A stretch of 27,547 nucleotides of DNA from Clostridia bacterium. Lineage in GTDB: Bacteria > Bacillota > Clostridia > UMGS1883. The stretch spans positions 1-27,547 of the forward strand of contig JAZRFX010000111.1 of NCBI GenBank assembly GCA_045643845.1. Reading direction: 5' to 3'. Below are positions 16,142-24,985 of the stretch, in pieces. How positions within the stretch are numbered: position 1 is the first letter of the stretch; the number at the start of each line of letters is the position of its first letter. Under the pieces are notes generated by a model, which worked only from the letters and a program-made list of their open reading frames with translations, was not told the DNA's origin and made no database searches. The position numbers were made by a program, and so were the translations under genes.

Positions 16142-17125
16142 TTAAACAAGAGGTTTTTCTATTATTTTTTCAACGAATAAAGCGGTGCTTAAAAGGTCGT
16201 TTTTATCAATGATTTCACTCGGACTGTGAATGTATCTTGTGGGGATTGAAATTGTTCCCGCAGGAATACCGCTTCCCGTCAGATGAATAGCCCCTGTATC
16301 AGTCCCGCCGAAGCTTGCCGCTTCAAGCTGGAAGGGGATAGAATTTTCCTTCGCTACATTAAGAAGCAAGTTTTTTACATCTTCGTGGATGATAAATGAC
16401 GCGTCTTTTATCTTTATCGCAGGACCTTTTCCGAGAGCAAGATTAAGCTCCATAGATTCAGGAGTATCACCGACATTTGAAACATCAACGGCGATAGCAA
16501 TATCGGGGTTTATCAGCGCTGCGGCAGTTTTGGCACCGCGGCAACCGACTTCCTCCTGAACTGTGAATACTGCGTAAACATCGTTGGGAGTTTCTTTTGC
16601 ATTTTTCATCGCGCGGATAAGTGCCCAGCAGCCTGCTCTGTCATCGAGTGCTTTTGCCATAATTTTGTTTCCCATAACGGCAAAATTACTGCTGTAAGAA
16701 GCCATATCTCCGATTTGTACTCTTTTTTCAGCATCTTCTTTGCTTTCAGCACCGATATCCATATACATTTTTTCAAAACCGACAGTAGAGGGGTTTTCCT
16801 TGTTTTCGTAGGAGATTTTACCCTTTTCACCGTTTGTAAATTCTACTGTGCTGTTGATACTGTTATACTTTAAAATTCCGCCGATAGTAGAAAAACGGAG
16901 GAATCCGTTATCGTCGATATAATTAACCATAAAGCCAATCTCGTCCATATGTGCCGCAAGCATCAGCTTTTTGCCGTTTCCTTTTTTGTGGCATATAAGA
17001 TTTCCGAGAGTGTCGGTATAAATTTCGTCGCAAAAATCCTTTAATTCTTCGCGGATTATATCGGTTATGGCACTTTCTCTGCCTGACGGAGAAACGCACA
17101 TAGTAAGTTTTTCTAAAAGTTTCAT
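16142..17125 (-). CDS. M42 family metallo-aminopeptidase (TET-like), paralog 3
   Basis: AAHMDEIG, ALDDRAG, VQEEVG, AVDVS, GGTDTG, RYIHSP. ATGA overlap with the upstream paralog. Confidence 0.92.
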   Translation of the reverse strand: MKLLEKLTMCVSPSGRESAITDIIREELKDFCDEIYTDTLGNLICHKKGNGKKLMLAAHMDEIGFMVNYIDDNGFLRFSTIGGILKYNSINSTVEFTNGEKGKISYENKENPSTVGFEKMYMDIGAESKEDAEKRVQIGDMASYSSNFAVMGNKIMAKALDDRAGCWALIRAMKNAKETPNDVYAVFTVQEEVGCRGAKTAAALINPDIAIAVDVSNVGDTPESMELNLALGKGPAIKIKDASFIIHEDVKNLLLNVAKENSIPFQLEAASFGGTDTGAIHLTGSGIPAGTISIPTRYIHSPSEIIDKNDLLSTALFVEKIIEKPLV

Positions 17126-18132
17126 ATCAGATTGCTCCTTTCAATGCCTTTTAAAACAGCTTTTGAAAGCTTGTAAACACTTTCCGCATCATCGGAATTC
17201 ATAACGCTGACAGGGGAGTGTATATATCTGCACGGGACGGCAAGAACGGCAGTTTTTACCCCGCATCCGCTACGCTGAATAACACCTGCATCGGTACCGC
17301 CCATTGTGGTCTTTTTTATTTGCAGTTTTATACCATTATCTTCAGCGGTTTTCATAATAAAATCGTAGTAGTTTTTATCGGAAATTGCCGCACCGTCAAC
17401 GGCGGTCATTACAGCTCCGCCTCCAAGATTAGTTACCTGATTATGAGGCTTGCTTCCGTAAACATCCGAGCAGGTAGTACCCTCAATAACGAGCGCTATA
17501 TCGGGCTTTATTCTTTCGGCAACAATTCTTGCGCCTCGACAACCGACCTCCTCCTGAACTGTGAAGCAAAAATACATATCACTATCGTACTTTTCCTTCA
17601 TAAGTTCAAGCATAATTGCACAGCCTACTCTGTCATCGAGCGCCTTGCTCTTGACAAGGTTATCGCCGAATTCGATATATTCGCCGTCAAATACGGCATA
17701 GTCGCCGAGTGATACAATTTTTTCGGCGCTTTCTTTATCACTTGCACCGATGTCGATATATAAATCCTTGATTTTAACGGGGGAATTCGCTTCGTCTTCC
17801 TTCTGAAGATGAATAGCCTTTGTACTGATGATTCCGGGGATTTTATCGTTGCCGATCAAAACTTTTTTACTGTTTAAAACGGCAGTCATAATTCCGCCAA
17901 GAGATTCAAAACGCAAGAAGCCTTCGTCTGTGATATTTGTTATTATAAAGCCGACTTCATCCATATGAGCCGCAACCATAACCTTTTTGCCGTTTCCTTT
18001 TTTGTGGCAAATGAGATTGCCCATTGAATCGGTAAATATCTCGTCACAAATTGCGTGCGCTCTTATAAAATCACGCACTTCATCTTCGAATCCTGAAGGG
18101 CCGTTGAGTGAAGTTAATTCTTTTACCAACAC
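17122..18132 (-). CDS. M42 family metallo-aminopeptidase (TET-like), paralog 2
   Basis: AAHMDEVG, ALDDRVG, VQEEVG, VIEGTT, GGTDAG, RYIHSP. GTG 18132 fits RBS spacing better than ATG 18138; either start overlaps the upstream stop. Confidence 0.92.
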   Translation of the reverse strand: MLVKELTSLNGPSGFEDEVRDFIRAHAICDEIFTDSMGNLICHKKGNGKKVMVAAHMDEVGFIITNITDEGFLRFESLGGIMTAVLNSKKVLIGNDKIPGIISTKAIHLQKEDEANSPVKIKDLYIDIGASDKESAEKIVSLGDYAVFDGEYIEFGDNLVKSKALDDRVGCAIMLELMKEKYDSDMYFCFTVQEEVGCRGARIVAERIKPDIALVIEGTTCSDVYGSKPHNQVTNLGGGAVMTAVDGAAISDKNYYDFIMKTAEDNGIKLQIKKTTMGGTDAGVIQRSGCGVKTAVLAVPCRYIHSPVSVMNSDDAESVYKLSKAVLKGIERSNLI

Positions 18133-19157
18133 AGGCATTCACCCTCTTTCAAAGCTTTTGCAAACGAGCAAATAATTTTTGCAGCATTTTCTAAATCATC
18201 AGAGTCGGCAACTTCAAAATTGCCGTGCATATATCGTACGGGAACGCTTAAAAGTGCAGTGGGAATACCTTCGCCCGAAACCTGGATTTCCCACGCGTCG
18301 GTACCTGTGTTTCCGGAGCATACTTCAAGCTGAAAATCAATATTGTCACGCTTTGCAAGAGAAATTATTTCGCGTGTCATTTTAGAATGGAGATTAGGCC
18401 CGATTGTAATAACAGGACCCTTTCCGCAGGGGTAGGCATCCTCCGATACTCCCGGACTTGTTCCGTGGCACACATCGAGCGCAATAGCACACGAAGGCTT
18501 GGCAGTAAAAACCGAAGTTCTTGCACCGCGAAGACCTACTTCCTCCTGAACTGTTGCAACGGCAATAATATCATTTTCAATCTTTTTATCTTTAAGAAGA
18601 TCAAGCGTTCTTAAAATAACTGCAAGTCCTCCGCGGTCATCAAGGCAACGCGAAGCAACCTTGTTTTCGCAAAGTTTCGTAAATCCCGTATTGAAAGTGA
18701 CTATGTCCCCGATTGAAACCTTTTGCTCGGTAACTTCTTTTGAAAAACCTATATCAACACACAACTCGTCAAGCTTTACCGCCTTGGAGCTGTCGGTGAT
18801 AAGGTGGGGAGGCTTGAAACCGATCACGCCGAAAAGCTTTTCCTTTCCCCAGACTGTGACCTCGGTTCCAGGAAGAATTTTAGCGTCAATTCCGCCTATC
18901 GGAATGAATTTAAGGCTACCTTCATCCGTGATTCCGCTCACCATAAGACCAAGCTCGTCCATATGTGCCTCAATCATAAGAGATGGGGCAGAGGTGTTAG
19001 TTCCTTTTTTTACTCCGAAAACATTTCCGAGGTTGTCAGTTTTAAATTCATCGCAAAAGTCGGAAAAGAGCTTTTTTACGCATTCGCGGACATTTTTTTC
19101 GTGACCGCTTACGCCAAATTCACCATCTAAAATTTTTAAATATTCTGAAGCTGTCAT
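18123..19157 (-). CDS. M42 family metallo-aminopeptidase (TET-like), paralog 1
   Basis: EAHMDELG, CLDDRGG, VQEEVG, ALDVCH, TGTDAW, RYMHG. Confidence 0.92.
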   Translation of the reverse strand: MTASEYLKILDGEFGVSGHEKNVRECVKKLFSDFCDEFKTDNLGNVFGVKKGTNTSAPSLMIEAHMDELGLMVSGITDEGSLKFIPIGGIDAKILPGTEVTVWGKEKLFGVIGFKPPHLITDSSKAVKLDELCVDIGFSKEVTEQKVSIGDIVTFNTGFTKLCENKVASRCLDDRGGLAVILRTLDLLKDKKIENDIIAVATVQEEVGLRGARTSVFTAKPSCAIALDVCHGTSPGVSEDAYPCGKGPVITIGPNLHSKMTREIISLAKRDNIDFQLEVCSGNTGTDAWEIQVSGEGIPTALLSVPVRYMHGNFEVADSDDLENAAKIICSFAKALKEGECLCW

Positions 19158-19161
19158 ATAA

Positions 19162-20541
19162 TCAGTCCTTAAGATTGTTTACGATTTCTTTAAATAAGTT
19201 GCCGCGTTCTTCAAAGTTCTTAAACATATCGAAACTTGTACTTGCGTTTGAAAGAAGAACAATGTCGCCTTCCTTTGCGGCACTTCTTGCAGCGTTTACT
19301 GCTTCTTCGTATGTTGTGCAAAATTCGGTAGGAATATCCTTTCCTATACCTGTTTTTTCGGAATATTTATCGAGTGCTTCCTTTATGATAGGTCCCGTCT
19401 TTCCGATAAGGATAATATGTTTTGTTTTTGTCGCAAGTGATTCTCCGATTTCGTCGTAGGGGATTCCCTTATCCTTGCCGCCTGTGATGAGGATAACCTT
19501 ATCAAAAACTTTAAGCGTGTTTATAGTTCTGTTGGGGCTTGAATCGATAGAACTGTTATAGTACTTAACCCCGTCAAGCTCGCGGACGAACTCGATTCTG
19601 TGAGCAACACCACCGAAAGTCTGTGCCACTTTTTTCACAGCAGCTTCACTGTAAAGAGGATATGTTACGGCAATAGCTGTCATATAATTCTGAACATTGT
19701 GTTCGCCCGGTATTTTTATATCTTTTTTATCAAGAATCTTTTTGCCGAACGCATAAATACTTTCGCCGTCGCAGTATACATCGCATTCCTTGTCATAACC
19801 AAAAACGCGTACCTGTCCGTTTGCGCTTTCTTTGCATTCGAACGACTTATCATTTTCTTTGTTTACAACAAGAACGCTGTCTTTACCTGCGTGGAGATAA
19901 ATGTTTCTTTTTGCCTCGATATATTCTTCGTAAGATTTGTGCATATCAAGATGATTTGGCGTAATATTTGTAATTGCCGAAACATCGGCGCTTTTTTTCA
20001 TCGTATGAAGCTGGAAACTTGAAAGCTCAAGCACAACTAAATCGTCGGGTGCAATTTCCTCTGTATTGCAGAGGAGCGGGTTCCCGATGTTGCCTCCAAG
20101 GTGACACTTGTGACCGCTTTCGGTCAGTATTTTATGAACAAGCGTAGTAGTTGTCGTCTTGCCGTCACTTCCCGTGATTGCAATTATTTTTGCAGGACAA
20201 ACCTCAAAGAAAACTTCCATCTCGCTTGTGATTATACTACCGTTTTCACGCGCCTTCTGAAGCTGGGGAAGGTCGAAACGCATCCCCGGGGTTTTGAATA
20301 TAATGTCGCCTGAAAGATTGTCAAGATATCCTTCTCCGCAATTAAGCTTTACGCCGAGAGAAAGGAGCTCTTTTCCGCTATCACCAAGCTCGTCAACAGT
20401 CTTTTTATCGCAGGCTGTTACAACGGCGCCATTTTCAACGAGAAACTTTATAAGCGGAAGGTTGCTGATACCGATTCCAACCACAGTAATATTTTTATAT
20501 TTTACATATTCTTTGAAAGCATCAAATTTTGAATTAGCCAA
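19162..20541 (-). CDS. murD: UDP-N-acetylmuramoyl-L-alanine--D-glutamate ligase
   Basis: VVGIGISN, ITGSDGKTTTT (P-loop), GGNIG, VLELSSFQL, NITPNHLD, HRIE, GGKDKG, SFDMFKNFEERG. TTG start with a GAGGGA RBS. Confidence 0.95.
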   Translation of the reverse strand: MANSKFDAFKEYVKYKNITVVGIGISNLPLIKFLVENGAVVTACDKKTVDELGDSGKELLSLGVKLNCGEGYLDNLSGDIIFKTPGMRFDLPQLQKARENGSIITSEMEVFFEVCPAKIIAITGSDGKTTTTTLVHKILTESGHKCHLGGNIGNPLLCNTEEIAPDDLVVLELSSFQLHTMKKSADVSAITNITPNHLDMHKSYEEYIEAKRNIYLHAGKDSVLVVNKENDKSFECKESANGQVRVFGYDKECDVYCDGESIYAFGKKILDKKDIKIPGEHNVQNYMTAIAVTYPLYSEAAVKKVAQTFGGVAHRIEFVRELDGVKYYNSSIDSSPNRTINTLKVFDKVILITGGKDKGIPYDEIGESLATKTKHIILIGKTGPIIKEALDKYSEKTGIGKDIPTEFCTTYEEAVNAARSAAKEGDIVLLSNASTSFDMFKNFEERGNLFKEIVNNLKD

Positions 20542-20552
20542 GTTTATCCCTC

Positions 20553-21170
20553 TTATCTGATAAAATTCGTTCTTACTTTTTCTTCGGATGCAGGCGCATT
20601 AATGCCTGCTTCTTTGCCTTTTTCAATGCATTTAAGAATCCACGCCATATTCTTTCCGATAGAGCGCATAACCTGAATTCCTTCAAGGTCCTGCATCGTT
20701 TCTTCGGGCGTGTTTCCGTGAACCATTGACCAATAAGGTCCGTTTATAATAGGCATTTCGTTGATTTCGGGGTATTTTAAAAGCTGGTCAAGTGTAGCGG
20801 TTGCACCACCTCGTCTGCAGCTTGCAACTACTGCGCAAGGCTTATGCATGAGAAGGGAAGAGCTGCTGTAAAAAAGCCTGTCAAGAAATGATGTCATCAT
20901 CCCCGAAGCCGCCGCATAATGAACAGGAGAGCCAAAGATAACTCCGTCTGCATCGCGGATGATATTAATTGCTTCATTTACACAGTCATCCGTTATACAT
21001 TTTCCATTCTTTCGGCAATAACCACAGCCAAGACATCCTTTAGTCGTCGCGCCTGCGTGGAAAATTTCAGTTTCAATACCTTCTTTATTAAGTTCTTTTT
21101 CTATTTCGCAAAGTCCCGTATACGTACAGCCGTATTTCTTTGGACTACCGTTAAAAAGAATAACTTTCAT
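20553..21170 (-). CDS. Flavodoxin-fold NADPH-dependent FMN reductase / iron-sulfur flavoprotein family
   Basis: FNGSPKKYGCT, CLGCGYCRKNGKC (compact 4-Cys motif), DGVIFGSPVHY, SCRRGG, YWSMVHG. Confidence 0.88.
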   Translation of the reverse strand: MKVILFNGSPKKYGCTYTGLCEIEKELNKEGIETEIFHAGATTKGCLGCGYCRKNGKCITDDCVNEAINIIRDADGVIFGSPVHYAAASGMMTSFLDRLFYSSSSLLMHKPCAVVASCRRGGATATLDQLLKYPEINEMPIINGPYWSMVHGNTPEETMQDLEGIQVMRSIGKNMAWILKCIEKGKEAGINAPASEEKVRTNFIR

Positions 21171-21185
21171 AAAAGTGTTCCTTTC

Positions 21186-22220
21186 TTAAGGATTACAGTT
21201 TCCGCAAATTTTATATCCTGAATTCAAAGCTTCCTCGCGGGAATTAAAAACAATTTTGTTCTTTTCCGACGGAAGGTTTGCGCAGGCGTCAGAATGGAAT
21301 GTTTTGGACTTTTTATTCCCTATATAAATAAGTTCTAACGCGGTTTCCTGCTTTTCGAATTCTTCGCCCGAGTCTTTCTTTATTGTTTTACCATCGGTGC
21401 GGAGAATAACAGTTTTATCTTTGTCAGTTCTGAATACAGTCGTGACTTTGTTAAGCCTTTCGAGAGCCTCCTCGTGAGGATGACCGTACGAATTTCCCTC
21501 TCCGCATTGAATTACACTTACGCTGGGAGAAACAGCATTTAAAAACGCTGAAGAAGATGCGTATCGGCTTCCGTGATGAGCTACTTTCAGAATATCAGCG
21601 TCAATCAATTCTTTGTTTTTTATAAGCTTTGCTTCAATGGCTCTTTCAGCATCTCCCGTAAATAGAGCCTTAATATCCCCGAACTGCACAGTGAATACAA
21701 GAGAATCGTCATTTTCGTCATCTGTATATTCTTTAGGAGAGAGGAATTTTACTCGAAAATCCCCGACCTCATAAATGCAGTCAAATTCGGGAATGATTGT
21801 AGGAATATCCTTCGCCGTGACAGCGTCTATAAATCTTTCGTAATGGTACCCATCGGAATTTTTGCCATTTACGAATAATCTTCCGATTTTCATCGAGGTA
21901 AGAATGGCTGCTGCTCCGCCGATGTGATCTTCGTGAGGATGCGTGCAAATGAAATAGTCAATATTCTTTACCCCAAGATTCAGGAGATAATTGTACACCA
22001 TACTGCCACTGTTGAAAGTGCCCGCATCAACCAGAATATTTGCGTTTTCACTCTGGATAAAAATGCAGTCACCCTGTCCGACATCAATAAAGTGGAAAAC
22101 GGCTTCGCCCGATACGGGGACAAGCTCATTTTCACTCTCAAGAAAGCGGGGGATGGAAACGCACAATCCAACCAGAAGGGCTATTATAAGACTTATGATT
22201 ATTAAACTGCGTTTATTCAT
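21186..22220 (-). CDS. Membrane-anchored ComEC/Rec2-like metallo-beta-lactamase-fold hydrolase with a C-terminal Ada-type Zn-binding domain
   Basis: N-terminal TM, HFIDVGQGD, THPHEDHIGG, NDDS, FTGDAE, KVAHHGS, YGHP, and C-terminal YIGNKKSKTFHSDAC...GYKICGNCNP. Confidence 0.88.
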   Translation of the reverse strand: MNKRSLIIISLIIALLVGLCVSIPRFLESENELVPVSGEAVFHFIDVGQGDCIFIQSENANILVDAGTFNSGSMVYNYLLNLGVKNIDYFICTHPHEDHIGGAAAILTSMKIGRLFVNGKNSDGYHYERFIDAVTAKDIPTIIPEFDCIYEVGDFRVKFLSPKEYTDDENDDSLVFTVQFGDIKALFTGDAERAIEAKLIKNKELIDADILKVAHHGSRYASSSAFLNAVSPSVSVIQCGEGNSYGHPHEEALERLNKVTTVFRTDKDKTVILRTDGKTIKKDSGEEFEKQETALELIYIGNKKSKTFHSDACANLPSEKNKIVFNSREEALNSGYKICGNCNP

Positions 22221-22241
22221 AGCTAATCACCCGTCAAAGTC

Positions 22242-22270
22242 AAAAAAGGCCTGACGAGCTGTCAGGCCTT
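22242..22270 (-). terminator. Intrinsic terminator after ptsH
   Basis: AAGGCCTGAC-5 nt-GTCAGGCCTT with a T-tract on the minus strand. Confidence 0.8.
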
Positions 22271-22276
22271 AAAAGT

Positions 22277-22540
22277 TCATTCTGCAAGGTCGGACTCAAC
22301 AAGAGCCGCCAATTCTTTAATGGCTGCATCTTCATCTGCACCGTCAGCAGTCAAAGTTACAGCGGTACCGCGTGTGATACCTAAATATAAAACGCCTAAA
22401 AGGCTCTTTGCATTTACCTTGCGATCATCCTTTGAAATCCAGATAGATGAGCTGAACTCATTAGCCTTCTGTATAAAGAATGTAGCAGGGCGAGCATGCA
22501 AGCCTACCTGATTCTGCACAACGACCTCTTTTGAAACCAT
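22277..22540 (-). CDS. ptsH: HPr phosphocarrier protein
   Basis: GLHARPA with His at residue 15 and NAKSLLG with Ser at residue 46. AAGGAG RBS. Could be an HPr paralog rather than the main ptsH. Confidence 0.88.
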   Translation of the reverse strand: MVSKEVVVQNQVGLHARPATFFIQKANEFSSSIWISKDDRKVNAKSLLGVLYLGITRGTAVTLTADGADEDAAIKELAALVESDLAE

Positions 22541-22575
22541 AAGAAAATTGCTCCTTAACTAAAAACTTGTATATA

Positions 22576-22604
22576 ATTATATATCTTTTTGAACTATTAG
22601 TCAA
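22576..22604 (-). promoter_or_regulatory. sigmaA-type promoter of ptsH
   Basis: TTGACT-17 bp-TATAAT. Confidence 0.75.
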
Positions 22605-22619
22605 TAAATTTTTATAAAA

Positions 22620-23240
22620 TTATTTTTTATTAAAATATGTGCTCGGAACACTTCCTACAATGAGCGTCTGCGCTATCGGCATTTGAGATTCTACGGTGAT
22701 ATTGCTGTATGCAAACGGAAGCAGAATTTCAATGTCAATTGAGATAGAAAGCAGTATCGTGTGAAGCGTCTGATTTATTGCAGTTTCTTCGAATGTATGC
22801 ATAATATCAGCATGCGTTACCGATAGCGGTTCAAACCTTATCGGTATCTTTGGCCCGAGTCCTGAAAAAAGGTCGAAACCAACGAGAGAGGAGAGGAAAA
22901 CCTTGTTCTCGAAGGTGTCGTTTTTCTCAATCAAATCCCCGATTTTTATATCAAGCTCGTTTGCAAAATTATTTATCAGCACCGAGTTCGTGCTGATGGA
23001 GGTAACTTTTCCGCTATCGTCGCGTGAAATAATAGTTATTTTATCATAACTTAAAAATTCCTCGAGCATAAGCTTTTTTACTTCGCGGTCAATAATATTT
23101 GAAACTTCATTTTCAACGAACTTCTGGGATATGGAAATAATCCTTGGACGAAGATACTTTGTATATGAAAAAAGAAGTGCAAGACTCATTATTCCGCTCA
23201 TAATAAGAATAATGGCAATAAATCTTTTAAGCTTTATCAC
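22620..23240 (-). CDS. yunB: Sporulation protein YunB
   Basis: N-terminal TM, LRPRII, IPIRFEPL, FEETAINQTLHTI, PIAQTLIVGSVPSTY. The ORF-track GTG 23249 overlaps the AGGAG RBS, so GTG 23240 is preferred. Confidence 0.85.
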   Translation of the reverse strand: MIKLKRFIAIILIMSGIMSLALLFSYTKYLRPRIISISQKFVENEVSNIIDREVKKLMLEEFLSYDKITIISRDDSGKVTSISTNSVLINNFANELDIKIGDLIEKNDTFENKVFLSSLVGFDLFSGLGPKIPIRFEPLSVTHADIMHTFEETAINQTLHTILLSISIDIEILLPFAYSNITVESQMPIAQTLIVGSVPSTYFNKK

Positions 23241-23292
23241 AAAAACCACTCCTATCCTTCATTTTATGCGGAAAAATCAAGGATAGTTCAAT

Positions 23293-23319
23293 AAAAAAAG
23301 GTTGTGCATATGCACAACC
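23293..23319 (-). terminator. Intrinsic terminator after pyk
   Basis: Perfect 20-bp palindrome GGTTGTGCATATGCACAACC plus a 7-nt T-tract on the minus strand. Confidence 0.85.
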
Positions 23320-23326
23320 GTTTAAA

Positions 23327-24751
23327 TCATATTCTTTTTGTGATTTTTTCAAGTCTTATGGTGTTGTTTTCGCCAGCTTTTCCGCTTGTAGTTCCGCCGA
23401 TAATTATCATATTATCTCCTTCTTTAAGTTGAAGAATTTTAGCGGTTTTGCGACTTGCGTTGTAAAACATTACTTCGGAAGATGGGAACTCTTCACACAA
23501 AACAGGGATAACACCCCAGGAAAGTGCAAGTTTGCGCCATACTTTCTTGCTTGTTGTCAGAGCAACAATATTTGCAGTCGGGCGGAAACGGGAAACGAAT
23601 CTTGCGGTAAGTCCTGAAATTGAACATACAGCAATAGCCTTTGCATCAACATCTATCGACATTGAACAGGCAGAATGAGAAATAGCATCAATGTTATCTT
23701 TTATCTGGAAATCAGTTCTGTGAAAACGCTTGTTATAATGAATGTTTTTTTCGGTTTCCTTACAGATATCATTCATTATTTCTACTGTTTTTACAGGGTA
23801 TTTTCCGACAGCGGTTTCACCTGAAAGCATTACTGCACTTGTCCCGTCATATACGGCGTTTGCAACATCGGAAATTTCCGCACGCGTCGGACGGGGGTTA
23901 TAAATCATTGTTTCGAGCATTTCAGTCGCTGTAATAATTCTTTTCCCGAGCAGACGACAAGCGGTAACAAGCTTTTTCTGAACTGCGGGAAGTTCCTGAA
24001 AAGGAATTTCGACGCCGAGATCTCCGCGCGCTATCATAACGCCTTCGCAATGCTTACAAATGCCCTCTAAATTTTCGACACCAAAGCGGTTTTCAATTTT
24101 TGCAACAAGACCTATTTCGTTGCCACCGTGAGCCTCAAGAAAATCCTTGATATCAAGGATATCCTGTTCACAGGAAACAAAGGATGCCGCAATGTAATCA
24201 ATATCGTTTTCAATTCCGAAAAGAATGTCTTTCTTATCCTGTTCGCTTAAAAAGGTCTGCTTGAGGATTTTATTCGGGAAACTCATACTTTTCTGATTTG
24301 AAATTTCTCCGCCGTGGATAACAATGCAAATAGCTTCTTTTTCCGTAAGTTCTTTTACCTTGAATTCTACAAGTCCGTTGTTGACAAGTACTGTATCGCC
24401 AACCTCAAGGTCGTTGATAAGTCCTTTGTAGTTTACGCTGACTTTTTTCTCGTCGCCGATAATGTCTTCAATAGTAAATGTGAACTCATCGCCGTCTTTA
24501 AGAAGAATTTTGCCGTCTTTAAAACCCTTGATTCGATATTCGGGGCCTTTTGTGTCAAGCATAATGGCAAGCGGAATATCCAGCTTTTCGCGAACCTTTT
24601 TAATAAGGTCAATCATTTCCTTGTGCGCCTGATGAGTACCGTGCGAAAAGTTAAGTCTTGCAACATTCATACCGGCTTTGCACATTTGTGTTAAAGTTTC
24701 TTCGTTACTGCAAGCGGGACCTACAGTGCAAATAATTTTAGTCTTTCTCAT
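23327..24751 (-). CDS. pyk: Pyruvate kinase
   Basis: RKTKIICTVGP, ARLNFSHG, MLDTKGPE, KIEN, MIARGDLGVE, ATEMLETM, PRPTRAE, AVMLSGETA. Confidence 0.97.
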   Translation of the reverse strand: MRKTKIICTVGPACSNEETLTQMCKAGMNVARLNFSHGTHQAHKEMIDLIKKVREKLDIPLAIMLDTKGPEYRIKGFKDGKILLKDGDEFTFTIEDIIGDEKKVSVNYKGLINDLEVGDTVLVNNGLVEFKVKELTEKEAICIVIHGGEISNQKSMSFPNKILKQTFLSEQDKKDILFGIENDIDYIAASFVSCEQDILDIKDFLEAHGGNEIGLVAKIENRFGVENLEGICKHCEGVMIARGDLGVEIPFQELPAVQKKLVTACRLLGKRIITATEMLETMIYNPRPTRAEISDVANAVYDGTSAVMLSGETAVGKYPVKTVEIMNDICKETEKNIHYNKRFHRTDFQIKDNIDAISHSACSMSIDVDAKAIAVCSISGLTARFVSRFRPTANIVALTTSKKVWRKLALSWGVIPVLCEEFPSSEVMFYNASRKTAKILQLKEGDNMIIIGGTTSGKAGENNTIRLEKITKRI

Positions 24752-24773
24752 TAAAATATCCTTCCAAAATAGA

Positions 24774-24971
24774 TTATATCTTATTGTCTACAAGTCCGTA
24801 TCCCTTTGCAATACGATTGGAGTAATAGTCTTCATCCTTTTTTTCGTCAACTAAAGCTTCCTCGTCGTCAAGCGCTTCTTCATAAAGCATATCTTCAGGA
24901 ATATCGGCCATTTCCGCATATTCGCGGTCTATCATTTTGCTGATAAGCTTTTCAGCTCCGTTTTGTTTCAT
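24774..24971 (-). CDS. Small acidic hypothetical protein (65 aa)
   Basis: AGAGG RBS. Fills the gap between neighbours with 14-bp and 22-bp spacers. No recognised motif. Confidence 0.65.
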   Translation of the reverse strand: MKQNGAEKLISKMIDREYAEMADIPEDMLYEEALDDEEALVDEKKDEDYYSNRIAKGYGLVDNKI

Positions 24972-24985
24972 AATAAACCTCTTTA

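Noticed and set aside
16142-19157. Endoglucanase/cellulase cluster
   Set aside because: M42 proteins are often mis-annotated as cellulases. The motifs are those of dinuclear metallo-aminopeptidases, and no GH motifs are seen.
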